This document shows positions 61,229-64,000 of a stretch of 64,000 nucleotides of DNA, one piece after another. Source of the stretch: Eledone cirrhosa. Lineage: Eukaryota. How positions within the stretch are numbered: position 1 is the first letter of the stretch; each line of letters starts with the position of its first letter. The notes under the pieces were generated by a model. The model did not search any database, had not been told where the DNA came from, and saw nothing but the letters and a program-made list of their open reading frames with translations. Both the position numbers and the translations under genes were made by a program. Location of the stretch: NCBI GenBank assembly GCA_964016885.1, contig OZ024741.1, positions 47,368,001-47,432,000 on the forward strand, in the 5' to 3' direction.

Positions 61229-61422
61229 CAGACCTGTCAACTCTCCCTGTTCGACGGGGAGATCTCCCACCCACTTTGGGGTGAGTAAGATATGTCTTCT
61301 ATTGTGAAAATGGGTATAGCTTTCATTATGTAAAATTTCCCCATTTTGCCTCATTTCTCCCCGTTTTGGGGTACTTTTTTCATGGTACTCCTCGTTTGGG
61401 TTATTAGAGGTTGGCAGGTCTG
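61229..61422. mobile_element. MITE, hAT-like TIRs, 6-bp TSD
   Basis: CAGACCTGTCAAC...GTTGGCAGGTCTG flanked by TGTTCT on both sides. Confidence 0.75.
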
Positions 61423-61734
61423 TGTTCTTCTGAAAGGATATCTTATGCCTTCCCTTTAAGTTTGTTTAGAAGAACTCTTAGCAGTACTTTACTGGGGTAG
61501 CTAATTAGACTGATTGTTCTGTAATAATCTTGGGAATGAGTATCAGCAATGACTGGTTCCCTTTCTTTAGCCACTGCTTAGTTTCCCATATCCTCAAATA
61601 AGTTTTGGTTCTCTGTGTTTTAGCATGTGCGTACACCCAAGTTCTCCATTCTTATGAGTGAAATCATCCAGGATGGTGAGTTAGTGATTATAAAGGTCTT
61701 CGCAATACTCAGACCAATCTGTTGATGACATCAG

Positions 61735-61912
61735 CAAACCTGTGAACCCTCCCCGTTGGACGGGGAGATCTCCCATCCACTTGGGGGGGGGGGGGGGTGA
61801 GAGATGTCTTCTCTTGTGAAAATGGGTATAGCTTTCATTATGTCAAATCTCCCTATTTTGCCTCATTTTTCATGGTACTCTTTGTTTGGGTTTTTAGAGG
61901 TTGGCAGGTCTG
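61735..61912. mobile_element. Second copy of the same MITE
   Basis: CAAACCTGTGAAC...GTTGGCAGGTCTG flanked by CATCAG/CATGAG. Confidence 0.7.
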
Positions 61913-62224
61913 CATGAGATTTGTCTGTGAGAAGCAAACTCGTTTTCTCCTCAATTACAGTGGAGATATATTACTTTGTTCTCGTTAGTATTTTGAGGGC
62001 TTCATAAGCAGCCGTGCTGTTAACCTTTTTTAAATCCCAGCTTCAATGTTTTTGCACGAATCTGTTATCCACTTCGCTTTGGATTCCATCATCTTCCTCA
62101 CCTTCCTATTCACAGCGTTTTATTGCTATCTTGCTTCCTGACTCATTAGCTAAGTCTTCCCCAGATCTCGTCTTAAATTACATAGGTCCAAGATGTCCTT
62201 TTTTTCTTTCTTGCTTCTCAACAC

Positions 62225-63040
62225 TTCTAAATTATTTTATGTCGTCGGCCAAGGAGTTTTTCTTCCAGTAGGTTGAGAGCTGCAAATCTTCCGCCTACGA
62301 TCGCCCAAACATTGCAGCAACCGGTGGGAGGGGGGGGGGGGGTTAGTTTGTTTACATCAAACCTAATACGTGTGGCTCCTATCTTATGGATCCTCTTGAG
62401 CTTAAGCTTCAGTGTCATCCAAACCAAATCATGACCACTGTTGACATCCGCCCCACGGAAGCTGGTTTTATTGATACTGGACTTGAACTTTTGAAGTGCG
62501 AGAATAAAGTCATAGCCCTGGATGAATGCTATGTTGTTCTCCATGTGGTTTTATGTAGGAAGAGTGTGTTGGCTAAGGTCATCTTGTGAATGCTAGCAAA
62601 TTATAAGAACCTGAATCCACGAGCGTTAGTTTTTCTGATCCCAAATTGTCTCACTGTCCTTGCCTACTTTGGCATTCCAGTCTCCTTAGACGATGAGGCC
62701 GTCTTTTTAGGGGTTGTCCTGTAAATTTTCTCTAGGTTTTCATCAAACACTTCGATGGCAACATTATCATTTTCAAGTATTGGCGCTAAGATTTGTATGA
62801 TGGTAATGTTCTGTGTAGGTCTTGCAGCCATTCATATAGTGGTGAGCTTGCTGGTTACTGGTGTATAGCTGATGACTGAACATACGTGGGTCTTGTTAAC
62901 GATGAAGCTCGAAGCTCACTCCATGTTGGTGTCATCTCCACTGTACCATAGTTCTGGCCTTCGTCTGTAGTTATTTCCTCAAATCCAGTCCACTTACCTT
63001 CAGCTAACACTAAGATATTTCATGTGCATTTGTTCTAGCG
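62225..63040 (-). mobile_element. Decayed APE-endonuclease LINE fragment (RTE-like)
   Basis: YDFIL..KFKSSI..SFRGADVNSGHDLV resembles the IDYIL...SDH region of APE domains. Confidence 0.65.
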
Positions 63041-63355
63041 GTGACAGAGAGAAACAATCGACAATAATATTGTTTCTGGGTATTTGCCCGTTGTCAATGT
63101 TGTATATCTTTTTTCTGTCACACACTAGAACTCTTGAGAATAATAAAAGAAAAGTGAGAAATAGCACTCAATCACGCGCCAGAACAAACTGGAGATTCCC
63201 TGTATTTAATTTTTGAGCCAACACATTCGCAGTATTGCCATGGTTGATAAGAACTTCATATGTATGCAGCATAGCTTTCAAGACATCTCAAACACCACCG
63301 GTTAAAAAAAATATATATTACTGATAATTCTCGGTATTTTAGAATTTTACTCCAT

Positions 63356-63575
63356 TCAGCTAGAGATAACCTTCACCTTTACCGCAGCATCTAGGATGGG
63401 GGAAAGAGCAATAAGGCCACAAACTGTGGCATCCCACATAAGACATCTACCTCTTACCCAAAGACAAAGAATAAAGCCATCTGGCTTCTTCCCATCAACT
63501 CTAGACAATCTCGCTAGCTTCAGAATTGAGGGGATGTTGACTTGAGCCAAGGCCAGCTCGGCGTGACAAGCGATA
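63356..63575 (-). mobile_element. CRE-like LINE restriction-like endonuclease fragment
   Basis: LSRVDGKKPDG..LWVRGRCLMWDATV motif. Confidence 0.7.
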
Positions 63576-63866
63576 CAACAGGCAAGACAATCTCAGCAAT
63601 CATTGGTTGTGGAAATGAAGGTCAAAATCGATCTCCATAGGATCTGAACTTGAAACAGTAACATATTTATTATATTTTCTAAGAATATGATCTGAGAGGG
63701 GGGGGGGGGGAGAAAAACATTAACCTAAAAAAAAACAGTGGAAGGAGAAATGGAGAAAACTACACCCTTGGCTGGACAGTTTATCCATACATACATTTTA
63801 AAGAGTCAGGACCACGACGGCTGAGCTCATGCCGTTTCAACAGCTAGTTCCACACACACACACACG

Positions 63867-63959
<93 letters not shown>

Positions 63960-64000
63960 CCACGAGTCTGATGAACTATTGATTGCAGAGTCTGGCACGA

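Overview
Eukaryotic, AT- and microsatellite-rich, transposon-saturated animal DNA. The (TA)n/(TACA)n load and repeat repertoire suggest an invertebrate such as a cephalopod mollusc, which is inference only. No recognisable conserved host gene is present. LTR elements: a decayed Ty3/Gypsy element and three non-autonomous LTR elements, all with tRNA-Trp-type primer sites; one is amplified in place into a 12-kb array of 8 LTRs and 7 internal units inside a CRE-like LINE. Penelope-like elements (PLEs): at least five insertions in (TA)n tracts, two forming about 5-kb palindromes. Ribozymes: ten hand-foldable type I hammerhead motifs, including a U3-A8 core variant and one inside a ~490-bp ORF-less retrozyme-like unit. 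Other repeats: CR1, L1/Tx1, R4-like, RTE and CRE LINE remnants, RTE-derived SINE-like modules, a non-autonomous Helitron and hAT-like MITEs with 6-bp TSDs. The only candidate non-TE gene is an orphan 766-aa ORF (982 codons if two nonsense changes are repaired) built from 9-aa repeats. All alignments and folds were done by eye; no database searches were run.
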